This document shows, one piece after another, positions 31,803 through 42,918 of a stretch of 64,000 bases of DNA. The translations under genes and the position numbers were made by a program. Positions within the stretch are counted from its first letter, which is position 1. Every line of letters starts with the position of its first letter. The notes beneath the pieces are model-generated. The model was not told where the DNA came from and did not search any database. It was given only the letters and a program-made list of their open reading frames with translations. The stretch covers positions 90,574 to 154,573 of the forward strand of contig CAZRBI010000001.1 in assembly GCA_964598315.1 (NCBI GenBank), given 5' to 3'. The DNA comes from an uncultured Oscillospiraceae bacterium. Lineage in GTDB: Bacteria > Bacillota > Clostridia > Christensenellales > CAG-314.

Positions 31803-31880
31803 TCTAAACGCGGATATTATATCTAAAATTGCAAATTTGTAGGCTATTATGTATGGCATAATATACATTTTGAGGTAAAA

Positions 31881-33023
31881 ATGATAAGTTATTTTGATAA
31901 CTGCGCAACAACGCGAGCTGACGACGATGTCGTGGAAACCATGGTTGAGTATGCATCCACAAAGTATTTCAACCCATCGGCACGCAGCACATATAGTCTG
32001 GATGTCGCAAATGATATTGCAAATGCTCGCTCCGAAGTTGCACGCAATTTGGGCGCCAATGGTTACAGTGTGTATTTCACGTCCGGAGGCACGGAATCGG
32101 ACAATCTCGGAATTGTAGGGGCTTTCAAAAACAAAAAAGGTAATATTGTTGCAACAGCATCGGAGCACTCCGCCGTCTACTATGTCTTGTTGGATTTGCA
32201 AAGCAAGGGGTTTGATGTCAGATTCGCTAACGTTCAGCCCGACGGACACATTGACGTTGAAGATTTTTTGTCAAAAGTCGATTTTAACACGGTTTTGACG
32301 TGTTTCATGCATGTTAACAACGAAACCGGTGCAATAAACAACGTGAAAGATCTTAACGAAGCTGTTAAAACCATTGCTCCGCGTGCGATCACGTTTTGCG
32401 ACGGTGTTCAAGCTGTTGGGAAAATTCCTGTCAATGTCAGTTGGCTCGGCGTCGATATATACACTCTTTCCGGACACAAGTTTCATGGTCCCAAAGGAAT
32501 TGGAGCCATTCTTGTCTCCAATTCTATCAGAATAACACCTATTGTGCTTGGCGGTGGTCAGGAAAAAGGACTGCGTTCAGGTACGGAAAATGTCGGCGCA
32601 ATCGTTGCAATGGCACAAGCCTTGGGCACTTCGCAAACCAAAGTTGCCACCAACAAAATTGCATTTGAAAACTACAAATCCATCATTCGCGATGCTCTTT
32701 CTCAATTGACCGGTTGGCGTGAGAATTGCACTTCGAACTGTTCTCCGGCGATAATGTCTTTAGCATTTGCAGGAATCAAAGGAGAGGTGTTGTTGCATAT
32801 GTTGGAAAACTACGAAATAATTGTCGGAACCGGTTCGGCATGCAGTTCAAAAAATAAACAAAGCCGTATTGCCAAGACAATCGGTTTGCCGGTTGACTAT
32901 TCCGAAGGAATAATTCGCATAAGCTTTTCAAAATACAACACGGAAGAAGAAGCGCGTTTGTTGGCAGATAAGCTCGTGCAATGTGTTGTTTCTTTAAGAA
33001 AAACCATGCACGTAAGTTACTAA
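31881..33023 (+). CDS. Cysteine desulfurase (NifS/IscS class V aminotransferase), paired with thiI
   Basis: PLP-lysine motif SGHKFHGPKG, catalytic loop GSACSS. Immediately upstream of thiI. Confidence 0.85.
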   Translation: MISYFDNCATTRADDDVVETMVEYASTKYFNPSARSTYSLDVANDIANARSEVARNLGANGYSVYFTSGGTESDNLGIVGAFKNKKGNIVATASEHSAVYYVLLDLQSKGFDVRFANVQPDGHIDVEDFLSKVDFNTVLTCFMHVNNETGAINNVKDLNEAVKTIAPRAITFCDGVQAVGKIPVNVSWLGVDIYTLSGHKFHGPKGIGAILVSNSIRITPIVLGGGQEKGLRSGTENVGAIVAMAQALGTSQTKVATNKIAFENYKSIIRDALSQLTGWRENCTSNCSPAIMSLAFAGIKGEVLLHMLENYEIIVGTGSACSSKNKQSRIAKTIGLPVDYSEGIIRISFSKYNTEEEARLLADKLVQCVVSLRKTMHVSY

Positions 33024-33045
33024 AATAATTTTAACGGAGAAAATC

Positions 33046-34197
33046 ATGAAAGTTATCATCGTTCGCTATTCAGAGATTCACTTAAAGGGAAATAACAAAG
33101 AATTTTTTGAAAGTGCACTTATTTCCAATTTAAAGTTTGCTTTGCGCGATTATAAATTTGATTTTGCGCGCAGCAATGCTCGCCACATTATTCGCAATTT
33201 TGATGAAGCAATTTTGCCTCAACTTATCGACGTTGTCAAAAATGTGTTTGGTGTGCACTCGCTCAGCGTTGCAGAAGAAGTTCTTTCCACCTACGAAGAA
33301 ATCAAGCGCGCAGCATTGGCACTTGCTCCGTTGCGCGGTACGTTCAAAGTGAACACAAATCGTGCAGACAAACGTTTTCCCATAAAATCCATGCAGCTTT
33401 CTGCTGAAATCGGTGGTGACGTTTTGGAGCGCAACAATCAACTGACGGTTGATTTGCACAATCCACAGGCAGTAATCAATATCGATATTCGCGAAAATGG
33501 CAAAACTTTTGTGTTCAGAGATATAATTAAGGGCGTCAACGGTATGCCTGTCGGTACGGGAGGCAAGGCTGTTGCCATGCTTTCCGGCGGAATAGACAGT
33601 CCTGTTGCCGTCTATCTTATGGCAAAGCGCGGAATGACAATTCGTGCCGTGCATTTTCACAGTTTTCCGTATACAAGCATGCAAGCACGTCAAAAGGTTT
33701 TGGATCTTGCCAAAATCGTGAAAAAGTACACGTTGCACATGACTGTAGACGTTGTCTGTTTCACCGAAATTCAAACTGAAATTCACGAAAAGTGCCCAGA
33801 AGAATTTATGATCACTATCATGCGCCGCTTTATGATGCGTATTGCCGAACGTTTGGCAAAGGCTAATGGTGCCGGCGCCGTCATAACAGGGGAAAGTTTG
33901 GGGCAAGTTGCCAGTCAAACTCTAGAAAGCATCACAAGCACGAACTCCGTTGCAACGTTGCCTGTTTTTCGTCCGTTGATAGGTTTTGATAAGGACGACA
34001 TAATTGAAATTTCAGAAAAAATCGGAACTTACGAAACGTCAATTTTGCCATACGAAGACTGTTGTACTATTTTTCTTCCTAAGCGCCCTGTAACAAAGCC
34101 TCGTTTGTCCACTGTTGAAAAGATAGAAAGCGTTTTGGACGTGGAAAAACTTGTTGAAAACGCGCTTGCTAACGTCGAAAGCATAGTGATAGAGTAG
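33046..34197 (+). CDS. thiI: tRNA 4-thiouridine synthase ThiI
   Basis: THUMP N-domain and PP-loop SGGIDSPVA. Confidence 0.92.
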   Translation: MKVIIVRYSEIHLKGNNKEFFESALISNLKFALRDYKFDFARSNARHIIRNFDEAILPQLIDVVKNVFGVHSLSVAEEVLSTYEEIKRAALALAPLRGTFKVNTNRADKRFPIKSMQLSAEIGGDVLERNNQLTVDLHNPQAVINIDIRENGKTFVFRDIIKGVNGMPVGTGGKAVAMLSGGIDSPVAVYLMAKRGMTIRAVHFHSFPYTSMQARQKVLDLAKIVKKYTLHMTVDVVCFTEIQTEIHEKCPEEFMITIMRRFMMRIAERLAKANGAGAVITGESLGQVASQTLESITSTNSVATLPVFRPLIGFDKDDIIEISEKIGTYETSILPYEDCCTIFLPKRPVTKPRLSTVEKIESVLDVEKLVENALANVESIVIE

Positions 34198-34527
34198 CAA
34201 TTCGATATCTATACCCAAAGTTACGCTTTTCAAAACATCTTTGTTGGCATATGGTAGGCTTTCATCAGTTGCCATTGGCAGTCGCGAACTCGCATGTTTT
34301 TTCTCTGGGTTAAGGGTACACAATCTCATAATGTTGTGAAAGTAGTCGCGGAAATTTTCTTGGAAGAATATTTTCAACTAATTGCTCAAAAGTGTTTCTG
34401 AGCCAATGAAAATAGAGCAAAAGCGTCCTGTTTTGAAATTAAATATACGTCAAGGGCGGCTTCTTTGCTCTATTTTTACCCACACTCCACATTTTGTGGA
34501 ACCTTATTTTCGGTAGTCCTACATCAA

Positions 34528-34571
34528 ATGCAAAACGATGCTGTGCAAACAACGTTGTTTTGCATTTTTTA
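34528..34571 (+). terminator. Terminator-like hairpin in the orphan region downstream of thiI
   Basis: ATGCAAAAC..GTTTTGCAT (with an inner alternative stem TGCAAACA/TGTTTTGCA) followed by T6. It lies 330 nt after the thiI stop. Confidence 0.5.
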
Positions 34572-34814
34572 TGCCTTTTACGGCCACTGGGTTTTTGTTG
34601 TCTTGCAAAAACGATAAAAGTCTGCACAAATGGCAAAAGCACAATGGGAGGAATCGAATTTGTCACGCAATCTTTCTTGTTTGTCGAATTTATGCTACCA
34701 TATTGCGTGTGCAAGCTACTTTTCTTGTTTAGCGTACAAATGGTTGAAATTTTCGTCGAAACATGGTGAATTTTAAAGTTTTGACCATTTTGTCGATAAA
34801 TGGTGCAAAAAATA

Positions 34815-36980
34815 TTATGTCGGCAACAGTCTGAATTTTGTGTTGCTTTGACTGCTAAATGCGTTGTTTGTCACTTGAATAGTTGGCGTGGTGTAAATGC
34901 AACGATTGTTCATCCACAACTGCGCATAGTACGAGCCGTTTGCAACTTCATCTATAGATACTTCGTAAGTCGTGCCGTTCTCTTTTTTGAATATTTTCCA
35001 CGTTCCGTTTTGCACATTCGGCAAGATCAATCGGACAATTTTTCCGTTATTTGTTGTTGATAATTTATAGTCGAATTTTTCTTGAGCTATAAATTTGGGC
35101 GCATTTTCGCAATCGAATACAAATTCTTCGCCCTCAGTACTAGCTACAACAAGTTGATTATTGTTTAATTCAGTGTCGTCTATGCACATTTTTTCAACAC
35201 CTTTCGGCGCGACGAAATCCTCCGGCTGATTATTTGAATAAATTTTGTTCAAAACGTTTGACGCAAGAACGCATGGCGAATTGCTTCCGCTCACGGTGTT
35301 GTCCATGTCTCCGCTGAACCAAAACACAAAAGTGTGTTCGGTGGTGTAGCCGGCAACCAATGCTTGCGAGTTTCCGTTGCGAGTTCCGACAGTGCCGGTT
35401 TTTGCGGCTATTTGATAGTTTGCTCTTAACTTTTTTCCCGTTCCGTTTTTTACTGCATTTTGCAATAAGTCAGTCATGAGATATGTTGATTTTTCATCGA
35501 AAACGCGGCTTGTGGTTGCTTTGTGCGAATAAACAATTTTGTTGTTCTTCAATATTGTTTTGACAAAATGCGTATTATTTGTTTTTCCGCCGTTTGCAAG
35601 AACCAGATAGCAATTTGTAAGTTGAAGCGGAGTCATGCCTCCGTCAACGTTACCAAGTGCAAGGGAAAGATTCTGTTTTCCTGAAATTCCCATTTTTGCA
35701 AGATATTTTTCTGCTTTTGCAATCCCTAGCGAATTTAACGTTTTAACGGCCGGAATATTAAGGCTTTTAGCTACTGCATTTTTCACTGTTGTCCAACCGT
35801 AGTATTTGCCGTTGTTTGTAGGCTTGTAACCGGAAAAATTTGTCTCTTCGTCAAGAACCGGAGAGGCTTGTGTTATTATTTTTTCGCAAAACGCAGGCGC
35901 ATAAACGGCAATAGGTTTTGCGGTGCTTCCGATTTGTTTTGGTAGTGTGGAGCTTTCTCCGCGAAAATAACTTGCGGCAACGCCTCCGTCATTGTTGCAA
36001 ATTATGCACGATAAATTTGCCAAACTTCCGTCTATATTTTGAGTTTTGTCGTTATTTACACATTCATTTAAGTTGTTTTGAATTTGACTGTCAAAGTATG
36101 TTTCGATCACGTATTCCGAACGAAAAAGCTCTTCGCGTGACAAATTCATTATCCTGCAGGCTTCGTCAATGGCCATCTCGGCGTATGTTTTAACACAACT
36201 CTCAACGTGTTGTCTGTATACAATTTCTTCGGTTACAGCCGTTTGATAAGAATCTTCACTTATCAAATTTTGTTCAAACATCAGTTTTAGTACAATGTTT
36301 CGGCGTACTTGGCACTTTTCGATATTTTTGTCGGGAGCATAGATATTGGGCGCTTTTATCATACCTGCCAGCGTTGCACTTTCCGATAACGAAAGATCCG
36401 AAGCGCTTTTGTTAAAGTATACGTTTGCTGCGTTTTCTATTCCGTATGCATTTCTTCCGAAATAGATTGTATTCAAGTACATTTCCAAAATTTCTCTTTT
36501 TGAATACTTGTTTTCCAATTCCGTCGCAAGTAACATTTCATTTATTTTGCGTTTTAAATTCTTTTCTCTGCTCAAATGGGTGTTTTTTATCAGTTGTTGA
36601 GTGATGGTGGAGGCGCCTTCTTTAAAACTTCCGCTTTTGATATTTCGTGCGGCAGCGCCGACGATTCTTTTCAAGTCAAATCCGTCGTGTTCAAAAAAGC
36701 GTTTGTCCTCAACAGCCACGAACGCCATGTAGGTGTAGTCGTGTAGCGTTGCCAATGGAATCAGTCTGTTATCGCCGAAATAGAATGTATCCTTAATTTT
36801 GTTTCCGTTACAGTCGATGATCGTCAGGTTGGAATAAACCTCATTAAGCTTTTTGCAATCCAGTCTAACATAGTTTTTGCTATGTTTGAATAGTATTATG
36901 CCTGTCGTAGCACACAATATGGCTACCAAAAGAGTGGCACAAAGGCATATTGCGCATACTTTCACAATTCTTTTTGTCAT
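34815..36980 (-). CDS. Bifunctional class A penicillin-binding protein (PBP1A family)
   Basis: N-terminal TM. GT51 motifs EDKRFFEHDGFD and RKINE. Transpeptidase motifs STAKP and KTGT. Extra C-terminal domain. Confidence 0.88.
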   Translation of the reverse strand: MTKRIVKVCAICLCATLLVAILCATTGIILFKHSKNYVRLDCKKLNEVYSNLTIIDCNGNKIKDTFYFGDNRLIPLATLHDYTYMAFVAVEDKRFFEHDGFDLKRIVGAAARNIKSGSFKEGASTITQQLIKNTHLSREKNLKRKINEMLLATELENKYSKREILEMYLNTIYFGRNAYGIENAANVYFNKSASDLSLSESATLAGMIKAPNIYAPDKNIEKCQVRRNIVLKLMFEQNLISEDSYQTAVTEEIVYRQHVESCVKTYAEMAIDEACRIMNLSREELFRSEYVIETYFDSQIQNNLNECVNNDKTQNIDGSLANLSCIICNNDGGVAASYFRGESSTLPKQIGSTAKPIAVYAPAFCEKIITQASPVLDEETNFSGYKPTNNGKYYGWTTVKNAVAKSLNIPAVKTLNSLGIAKAEKYLAKMGISGKQNLSLALGNVDGGMTPLQLTNCYLVLANGGKTNNTHFVKTILKNNKIVYSHKATTSRVFDEKSTYLMTDLLQNAVKNGTGKKLRANYQIAAKTGTVGTRNGNSQALVAGYTTEHTFVFWFSGDMDNTVSGSNSPCVLASNVLNKIYSNNQPEDFVAPKGVEKMCIDDTELNNNQLVVASTEGEEFVFDCENAPKFIAQEKFDYKLSTTNNGKIVRLILPNVQNGTWKIFKKENGTTYEVSIDEVANGSYYAQLWMNNRCIYTTPTIQVTNNAFSSQSNTKFRLLPT

Positions 36981-37098
36981 GGTACTTATATTGTCTGTTG
37001 TTAATTTTTTTATATTTATTTTTCTTGAAAAAAATCGAAAAATAGAGTAAAATGGTTTTATAAGTAGAAGTATGCGGATATTTATGGAGGTTTTCGGT

Positions 37099-38409
37099 TT
37101 GAAGTACTTTATTCATACATATGGCTGTCAAATGAACGTTCATGATTCGGAAAAAATTGCCGGGATGTTGCGCTCGTTAGGATATGAGGAATGCACTGAA
37201 GTAGAAAGCGCGGACGTGGTTGTTTTTAACACGTGTTGCATAAGGGAAACTGCCGAACAAAAGATTTACGGGCATTTGGGGCAACTAAAAAAAATCAAAA
37301 GAAAGAACCCCGGAATGATCGTGGCCGTCTGTGGGTGTATGTCGCAACAAGACGGAGTTGCCGATAAAATTCGCGAAAGCTATCCGTTTGTCGATGTAGT
37401 TTTGGGCACTAGCAATCTCCACTTGCTATCGGAAGCTATTTCAAATGCTCAAAACAAGAAAAAACTGTTCAACACTGAATTTTGCGCTTACAACGAAGAA
37501 GATTTCTCACAGTACCGTACAAGTTATCCTAACGCTTGGGTAAACATTAACTACGGTTGCAACAATTTTTGCACCTACTGCATCGTACCATACGTTCGCG
37601 GACGCGAGCGTAGCAGAAGACCTGAAGATGTTTTAAACGAGGTGAAATCCTTGCTAAACGAAGGTTACAAGGAAATCACATTGTTGGGGCAAAATGTCAA
37701 TTCCTATGGTAAAGATTTGGACGGCGTCTCGTTTGCAGATTTATTGAATCAAATCGGCAAGTTGCCGGGAAAATTTCGTTTGCGTTTCATGACGTCGCAC
37801 CCCAAAGATCTCACCGACGACATTATCGATGCCATTGCTATCAATGCAAATGTTTGCAACAACGTGCATTTGCCTGTTCAAAGTGGTAGTACTGATATTT
37901 TGCGAAAAATGAATCGTCGATACACACGTGAACAGTACCTTGAATTGGTTGAAAAAATTCACAAGCGCATTCCTGGAGTTGGCATTACAACAGATATCAT
38001 GGTTGGTTTCCCCGGGGAAACGGAGCAAGATTTTGAAGATACGCTCGATCTTGTTCGGAAGGCAAAGTATAGTTCTGCGTTTTGTTTTGTGTATTCCAGA
38101 CGAAAAGGAACCCCGGCCTACGATATGGAACAGGTTCCGTATGCTGTCAAACAAAACAGAATAACTCGCTTACTTGCTTGTCAAAACGAAGTCACTAAAG
38201 AAATCAGCAAAACAATGGTCGGTCAACGTTACGAAGTGTTGGTGGAGGGTGCAAATTTCCGCTACCAAAACACAATGTGTGGCCGAACAGAAAGTGGTCG
38301 CCTTGTAAACTTCAAATGCAACGACGATGCTATCGGCAAATTTGTTACTGTAGAAATTGAAAGAGCTAGTTCTGCAACGTTATGGGGCAGAATTGTATCG
38401 GAGGAATAA
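37099..38409 (+). CDS. miaB: tRNA-2-methylthio-N6-dimethylallyladenosine synthase MiaB
   Basis: TTG at 37099 lies 7 nt after GGAGG and gives MKYFIHTYGCQMN. Radical-SAM CNNFCTYC and a TRAM domain. The ORF-track start at 37072 is also possible. Confidence 0.9.
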   Translation: MKYFIHTYGCQMNVHDSEKIAGMLRSLGYEECTEVESADVVVFNTCCIRETAEQKIYGHLGQLKKIKRKNPGMIVAVCGCMSQQDGVADKIRESYPFVDVVLGTSNLHLLSEAISNAQNKKKLFNTEFCAYNEEDFSQYRTSYPNAWVNINYGCNNFCTYCIVPYVRGRERSRRPEDVLNEVKSLLNEGYKEITLLGQNVNSYGKDLDGVSFADLLNQIGKLPGKFRLRFMTSHPKDLTDDIIDAIAINANVCNNVHLPVQSGSTDILRKMNRRYTREQYLELVEKIHKRIPGVGITTDIMVGFPGETEQDFEDTLDLVRKAKYSSAFCFVYSRRKGTPAYDMEQVPYAVKQNRITRLLACQNEVTKEISKTMVGQRYEVLVEGANFRYQNTMCGRTESGRLVNFKCNDDAIGKFVTVEIERASSATLWGRIVSEE

Positions 38410-41012
38410 TGTCGGACTATTCACCAATGATGAAACATTACTTGCAAACAAAACAAAAGTACAGTGATTGTATTTTGCTGTATCGTTTGGGCGACTTTTA
38501 CGAAATGTTTTTCGAGGATGCCGAAGTTGCAAGCAGAATTTTGGATTTGACGCTTACTGGCAAAAACTGTGGTATGCAAGAGCGTGCGCCCATGTGCGGC
38601 GTGCCGTATCATGCGGTAGACAACTATGTTGCAAAACTGATTGCTGCCGGGCAAAAAGTTGCCATCTGCGAACAGCTGTCCGACCCGAAAGAAAAGACCG
38701 GTGCCGTTGTAGAGCGTGACGTCGTGCGCGTCATCACTGCGGGCACGGTTATGGAAAGCGACATTCTTGAAGAAAAGAAAAGCAACTATATTGCTTCTGT
38801 TTGCGTTGGAAATAAAATCGGTGTGGCTTTTTGCGATTTGTCTACGGGCGAATTTTGTGCGTCGGAACTTGACGGAATGGCACAAGTGCGCGATTTGCAA
38901 GAGTTGTTGGTTTCGTATAAGCCTTCCGAGGTTATATGTAATACCGATGCTCGCGAAATGTCTGCCAACTTGGAATGCGTTAAAGCAACGTATGTTCCAC
39001 AGTTTTCCCCTTATGACGACGCCTGCTACGACAAAAAGAAAGCAAAAGAAGTTGTTTTGCAACACTACAAAATATCTACAGTCGAAGGGTTTGGCCTTGG
39101 TGGCAAATCTTTTGCCGTTGCAGCTTGCGGAGCATTGATCAGTTATCTGTATAGCACGCAAAAACGGGAATTGTCACATCTTCAAAACATACGTTATGTA
39201 GACAAAAACAGATTTATGTCTATCGACGTCAAAACTCGTCGCAACTTGGAGTTGAGCGTATCCTACCGCGAGAATAAGCGTGTGGGTAGCTTGGTTTGGC
39301 TGTTGGATAAAACGCAAACTGCCATGGGCGCAAGATTGCTTGCCGATTGGGTGGATCGCCCTTTGCAGAAGGCATCGCAAATAAATGCTCGCTTAGATGG
39401 TGTTGAAGAACTGTATTCTTCTTTTGTAATGCGCAGTGAAGTTGCGAAAGTGTTGCGTAGCGTGTTCGATATCGAACGTCTTTCGTCAAAGATAGCCTAC
39501 AACAATTTGTCTCCCAAAGATTGCGTGACGTTGAAACGTTCGTTGCAAAACTTGCCGGCACTTAAACGCGTAATTGCTAACGCCAAAAGCAAAATTTTGC
39601 AAGATATTTATTCCGGAATCAGTGACGAACTCGGCAAAGTGGCAGATTTGCTGGAATGCGCCATTTGCGAGGACGCTCCGCTTGTGATCAAAGACAGCGA
39701 CTTTATCAAAGCCGGGTACGACAGCCGTCTGGACGAATTGTACGATCTTGCCAGCAATGGCGGTGCAAAAATTTCGGCATTGGAAGAATTTGAAAGAAAT
39801 CGCACGGGCATTCGCACGCTAAAGTTGGGCTATAACAAAGTTTTCGGTTACTATTTCGAAGTTAGCAATTCGTTCAAAAACGACGTGCCGGATTATTTTA
39901 TAAGAAAGCAGACGCTAACTAACGGTGAGCGCTTTGTCAGCCCGGAATTGAAAGAACTTGAAGAAAAAATGTTGACGGCCTTTGAAGAAAAAACACGTCT
40001 TCAAAAGCTGTTGTTCGAGGATTTACGCAGAAAAATGTTGCCGTATATTCCGGCAATGCAACAAACGGCGCAATCTGTTGCCGCATTGGATTGTTTATCG
40101 TCACTTGCTCTTGTTGCTCAAACAAACGACTATTGCAAGCCAAAAATCAATGTTAAAAATTCTACGCTAAAAGTGGTGGACGGTCGTCATCCTATTGTAG
40201 AGTGCTATGTGAAGCGTGACAATTTTATTGCAAATGACGTTTTGCTCGATACTGACGAGAACAGAACTATGGTTATAACAGGCCCAAACATGGCCGGCAA
40301 AAGCACTTACATGAGGCAAGTTGCGCTGATTACGCTTATGGCCCATATCGGCTCGTTTGTTCCTGCTAAAAGTGCCGAAATTCCCATTGTGGACAAAATT
40401 TTCACTCGTGTGGGTGCTAGCGACGACTTAGCCTTCAACCAAAGTACGTTTATGGTGGAAATGGTTGAGGTTGCCAATATTTTGAACAATGCAACACAAA
40501 ACAGTTTGATTATTTTGGATGAAGTCGGACGCGGAACGTCAACGTTCGACGGTTTATCCATTGCTTGGGCGGTTATGGAATATGTTTCCAAAAACGTTTG
40601 TGCAAAAACGCTTTTCGCAACCCATTATCATGAACTTACGGATTTGGAAGGTAAAGTTGACGGTGTAAAAAACTTCAGAATAACCGTGAAAGAATATAAC
40701 GGCACAGTTATTTTTCTGCACAAAATTGCACGCGGCGGAGCAAACAAAAGCTTTGGCATCGAAGTTGCAAAGTTGGCTGGTGTTCCTCAGGCTGTATGCG
40801 AACGAGCCAAGCAGATAGTTTCCTTGTTGGAAAACAGTAACATCAACTACAGCTTGCAAACGTTGTCCGATTCTGCAGACAATAAAAAAAGCAGTAAATC
40901 CGCACAAGAAGTTGCTTCGATTTTGCGTGATCTGGACATAAACAGAATTTCTCCGATCGAAGCGTTCGACATTCTAAACAATCTGGTCAGAAGGATAAAG
41001 AATAATGACTGA
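38409..41012 (+). CDS. mutS: DNA mismatch repair protein MutS
   Basis: N-terminal MMKHYLQ..YRLGDFYEMF, Walker A GPNMAGKST. The ATG overlaps the miaB stop (TAATG). Confidence 0.97.
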   Translation: MSDYSPMMKHYLQTKQKYSDCILLYRLGDFYEMFFEDAEVASRILDLTLTGKNCGMQERAPMCGVPYHAVDNYVAKLIAAGQKVAICEQLSDPKEKTGAVVERDVVRVITAGTVMESDILEEKKSNYIASVCVGNKIGVAFCDLSTGEFCASELDGMAQVRDLQELLVSYKPSEVICNTDAREMSANLECVKATYVPQFSPYDDACYDKKKAKEVVLQHYKISTVEGFGLGGKSFAVAACGALISYLYSTQKRELSHLQNIRYVDKNRFMSIDVKTRRNLELSVSYRENKRVGSLVWLLDKTQTAMGARLLADWVDRPLQKASQINARLDGVEELYSSFVMRSEVAKVLRSVFDIERLSSKIAYNNLSPKDCVTLKRSLQNLPALKRVIANAKSKILQDIYSGISDELGKVADLLECAICEDAPLVIKDSDFIKAGYDSRLDELYDLASNGGAKISALEEFERNRTGIRTLKLGYNKVFGYYFEVSNSFKNDVPDYFIRKQTLTNGERFVSPELKELEEKMLTAFEEKTRLQKLLFEDLRRKMLPYIPAMQQTAQSVAALDCLSSLALVAQTNDYCKPKINVKNSTLKVVDGRHPIVECYVKRDNFIANDVLLDTDENRTMVITGPNMAGKSTYMRQVALITLMAHIGSFVPAKSAEIPIVDKIFTRVGASDDLAFNQSTFMVEMVEVANILNNATQNSLIILDEVGRGTSTFDGLSIAWAVMEYVSKNVCAKTLFATHYHELTDLEGKVDGVKNFRITVKEYNGTVIFLHKIARGGANKSFGIEVAKLAGVPQAVCERAKQIVSLLENSNINYSLQTLSDSADNKKSSKSAQEVASILRDLDINRISPIEAFDILNNLVRRIKNND

Positions 41013-42918
41013 ACTTGGCAAAATTCACGTACTTCCGCCTGAAGTATACAACAAAATAGCCGCCGGTGAGGTGGTGGAAAAGCCCTATTGCGCGCTTAAA
41101 GAATTGGTTGAAAACAGTATCGATGCCGGTGCTCGTCGTATCACGATTGAAATCGTCAACGGTGGCTTGGAGCTTATTGCCGTCACGGATAACGGTTGCG
41201 GAATAAGCGAAGAAGACCTCGACGCTGCTTTTACGAAACACGCTACAAGCAAATTGGAGTGTGCAGACGACTTGTACTCTGTGCAAACTTTGGGCTTTCG
41301 CGGAGAGGCTTTGTCTAGTATAGCCGCAGTGGCAAATGTAAAGCTTACCACTCGTCAAGTCAATGCGCAGACCGGGGTTTGCGTAGCGTTAGAAAACGGA
41401 AAAATAGTTTCAAAAGAATATGTCGCAGCAAACGTCGGAACAAAAATCGAAGTAAGCAATTTGTTTTACAACGTCCCTGCGCGCAAAAAATTTTTGAAAA
41501 GCGAGACTCGCGAAGGCGTAGATATCACCAAATTTGTGTCTAGGCTTATATTGACGAACGCAAATTTGGAAATCACCTATGTGTCCGACGGTAAAACAAT
41601 CTATCAAACAAAGGGAAAGGGCTTGGAAGAAGCTATTTTTGTCGTGTATGGTGCGGATTGCTTGCAAAACTGCTTGCCAGTCAACTTTGCGGCAGACGAC
41701 ATGCGCATCAATGGCTACGTAGGAACCCCCGATTTTTCCAAGGCGAATTCTACCTATCAAACACTTTCGGTTAACGGTCGTTGCGTTTCGGACAAGGGAA
41801 TTCAAGGGGCAATCACACAGGCTTATCGCCCATATTTGATGACGCGTAAATTTCCGTTTTTTGTTTTGGACTTGGAATTGCCCTATGATATGGTTGACGT
41901 AAACGTGCATCCCAGAAAATCGGAGGTGCGTTTTCAAAATTCGGCGAAGGTCGGTGGTCGCTTTTTCAAGGCTGTCGATCGCGCGCTGCGCGAATTTACC
42001 GAACAAAAGGTGAAAAGCCTTTTGGAATCGAATGACGATGGTGCTTTTGATGCGATAGGGGACGATGACGTCGCCGGCGACACCTTTGACCAAGGCGGAT
42101 TGTTCAAAAATATCACCGAAATGACCGGTGCACAAGTTGAAGATATTTTGCAGATAGAGCAACAAACATACAAGCAAAAGAAGCAATCTCTGGAAGAATT
42201 TGCCGACGAACTAGAGCGCACTTTGACTGTTCAGGGGGCTCGTCGTGCGTTGGGGCTGGACGATGCCGATACAGTAGAACAATCTACGCTTACGTTAAAG
42301 TGTGCTGAACCAACAGAACAACCCCCTGTAGAAGTTGATATAGCCGATGAAATATTGGCTCGTACAAGAATTTTGGGTTCGGCATTCAAAACTTATTTGA
42401 TTTTGGAGCTTGATGACAAAATAATTTTGGTTGATCAGCATGCTGCGCACGAGCGTATATTGTTCGACAAATTGATGTCGGAAAAGACGCGACACATGCA
42501 AGATCTGCTGTTTCCCTATGCCTTTTCGGTAAAAGACGATGAGGCGGAGTTTATCGAGCAAAACATCGATAACATTTTGAGCGCAGGAATTGAAATTGAG
42601 CCTTTTGGACGCAATACGTTCCGAATCAAAGCTGTTTCTACTGTACTTTCCGGAACTTCTATGGAAGATTTTGTGCAGTACTTCTTGTCATCGATGGACG
42701 AACTACGTCTGGACGATAGAACGTTGATAGTGGAAACTGTTGCAAAAAAAGCTTGCAAGGCAGCCATTAAGGCAGGAACTGCACTTTCCGAGTTTGAAAT
42801 TAAGTACATTCTTCGTGGAATTTACGAAAATAAGATTTTGCAATGTCCGCACGGAAGACCAATCACCGTCACGTTCACCAAAAATCAACTGGAAAAAATG
42901 TTCAAGAGGATTGTTTGA
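41005..42918 (+). CDS. mutL: DNA mismatch repair protein MutL
   Basis: GHKL ATPase N-terminus (IAAGEVVE..ELVENSIDAG). C-terminal dimerisation domain with DQHAAHERI. Confidence 0.95.
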   Translation: MTELGKIHVLPPEVYNKIAAGEVVEKPYCALKELVENSIDAGARRITIEIVNGGLELIAVTDNGCGISEEDLDAAFTKHATSKLECADDLYSVQTLGFRGEALSSIAAVANVKLTTRQVNAQTGVCVALENGKIVSKEYVAANVGTKIEVSNLFYNVPARKKFLKSETREGVDITKFVSRLILTNANLEITYVSDGKTIYQTKGKGLEEAIFVVYGADCLQNCLPVNFAADDMRINGYVGTPDFSKANSTYQTLSVNGRCVSDKGIQGAITQAYRPYLMTRKFPFFVLDLELPYDMVDVNVHPRKSEVRFQNSAKVGGRFFKAVDRALREFTEQKVKSLLESNDDGAFDAIGDDDVAGDTFDQGGLFKNITEMTGAQVEDILQIEQQTYKQKKQSLEEFADELERTLTVQGARRALGLDDADTVEQSTLTLKCAEPTEQPPVEVDIADEILARTRILGSAFKTYLILELDDKIILVDQHAAHERILFDKLMSEKTRHMQDLLFPYAFSVKDDEAEFIEQNIDNILSAGIEIEPFGRNTFRIKAVSTVLSGTSMEDFVQYFLSSMDELRLDDRTLIVETVAKKACKAAIKAGTALSEFEIKYILRGIYENKILQCPHGRPITVTFTKNQLEKMFKRIV

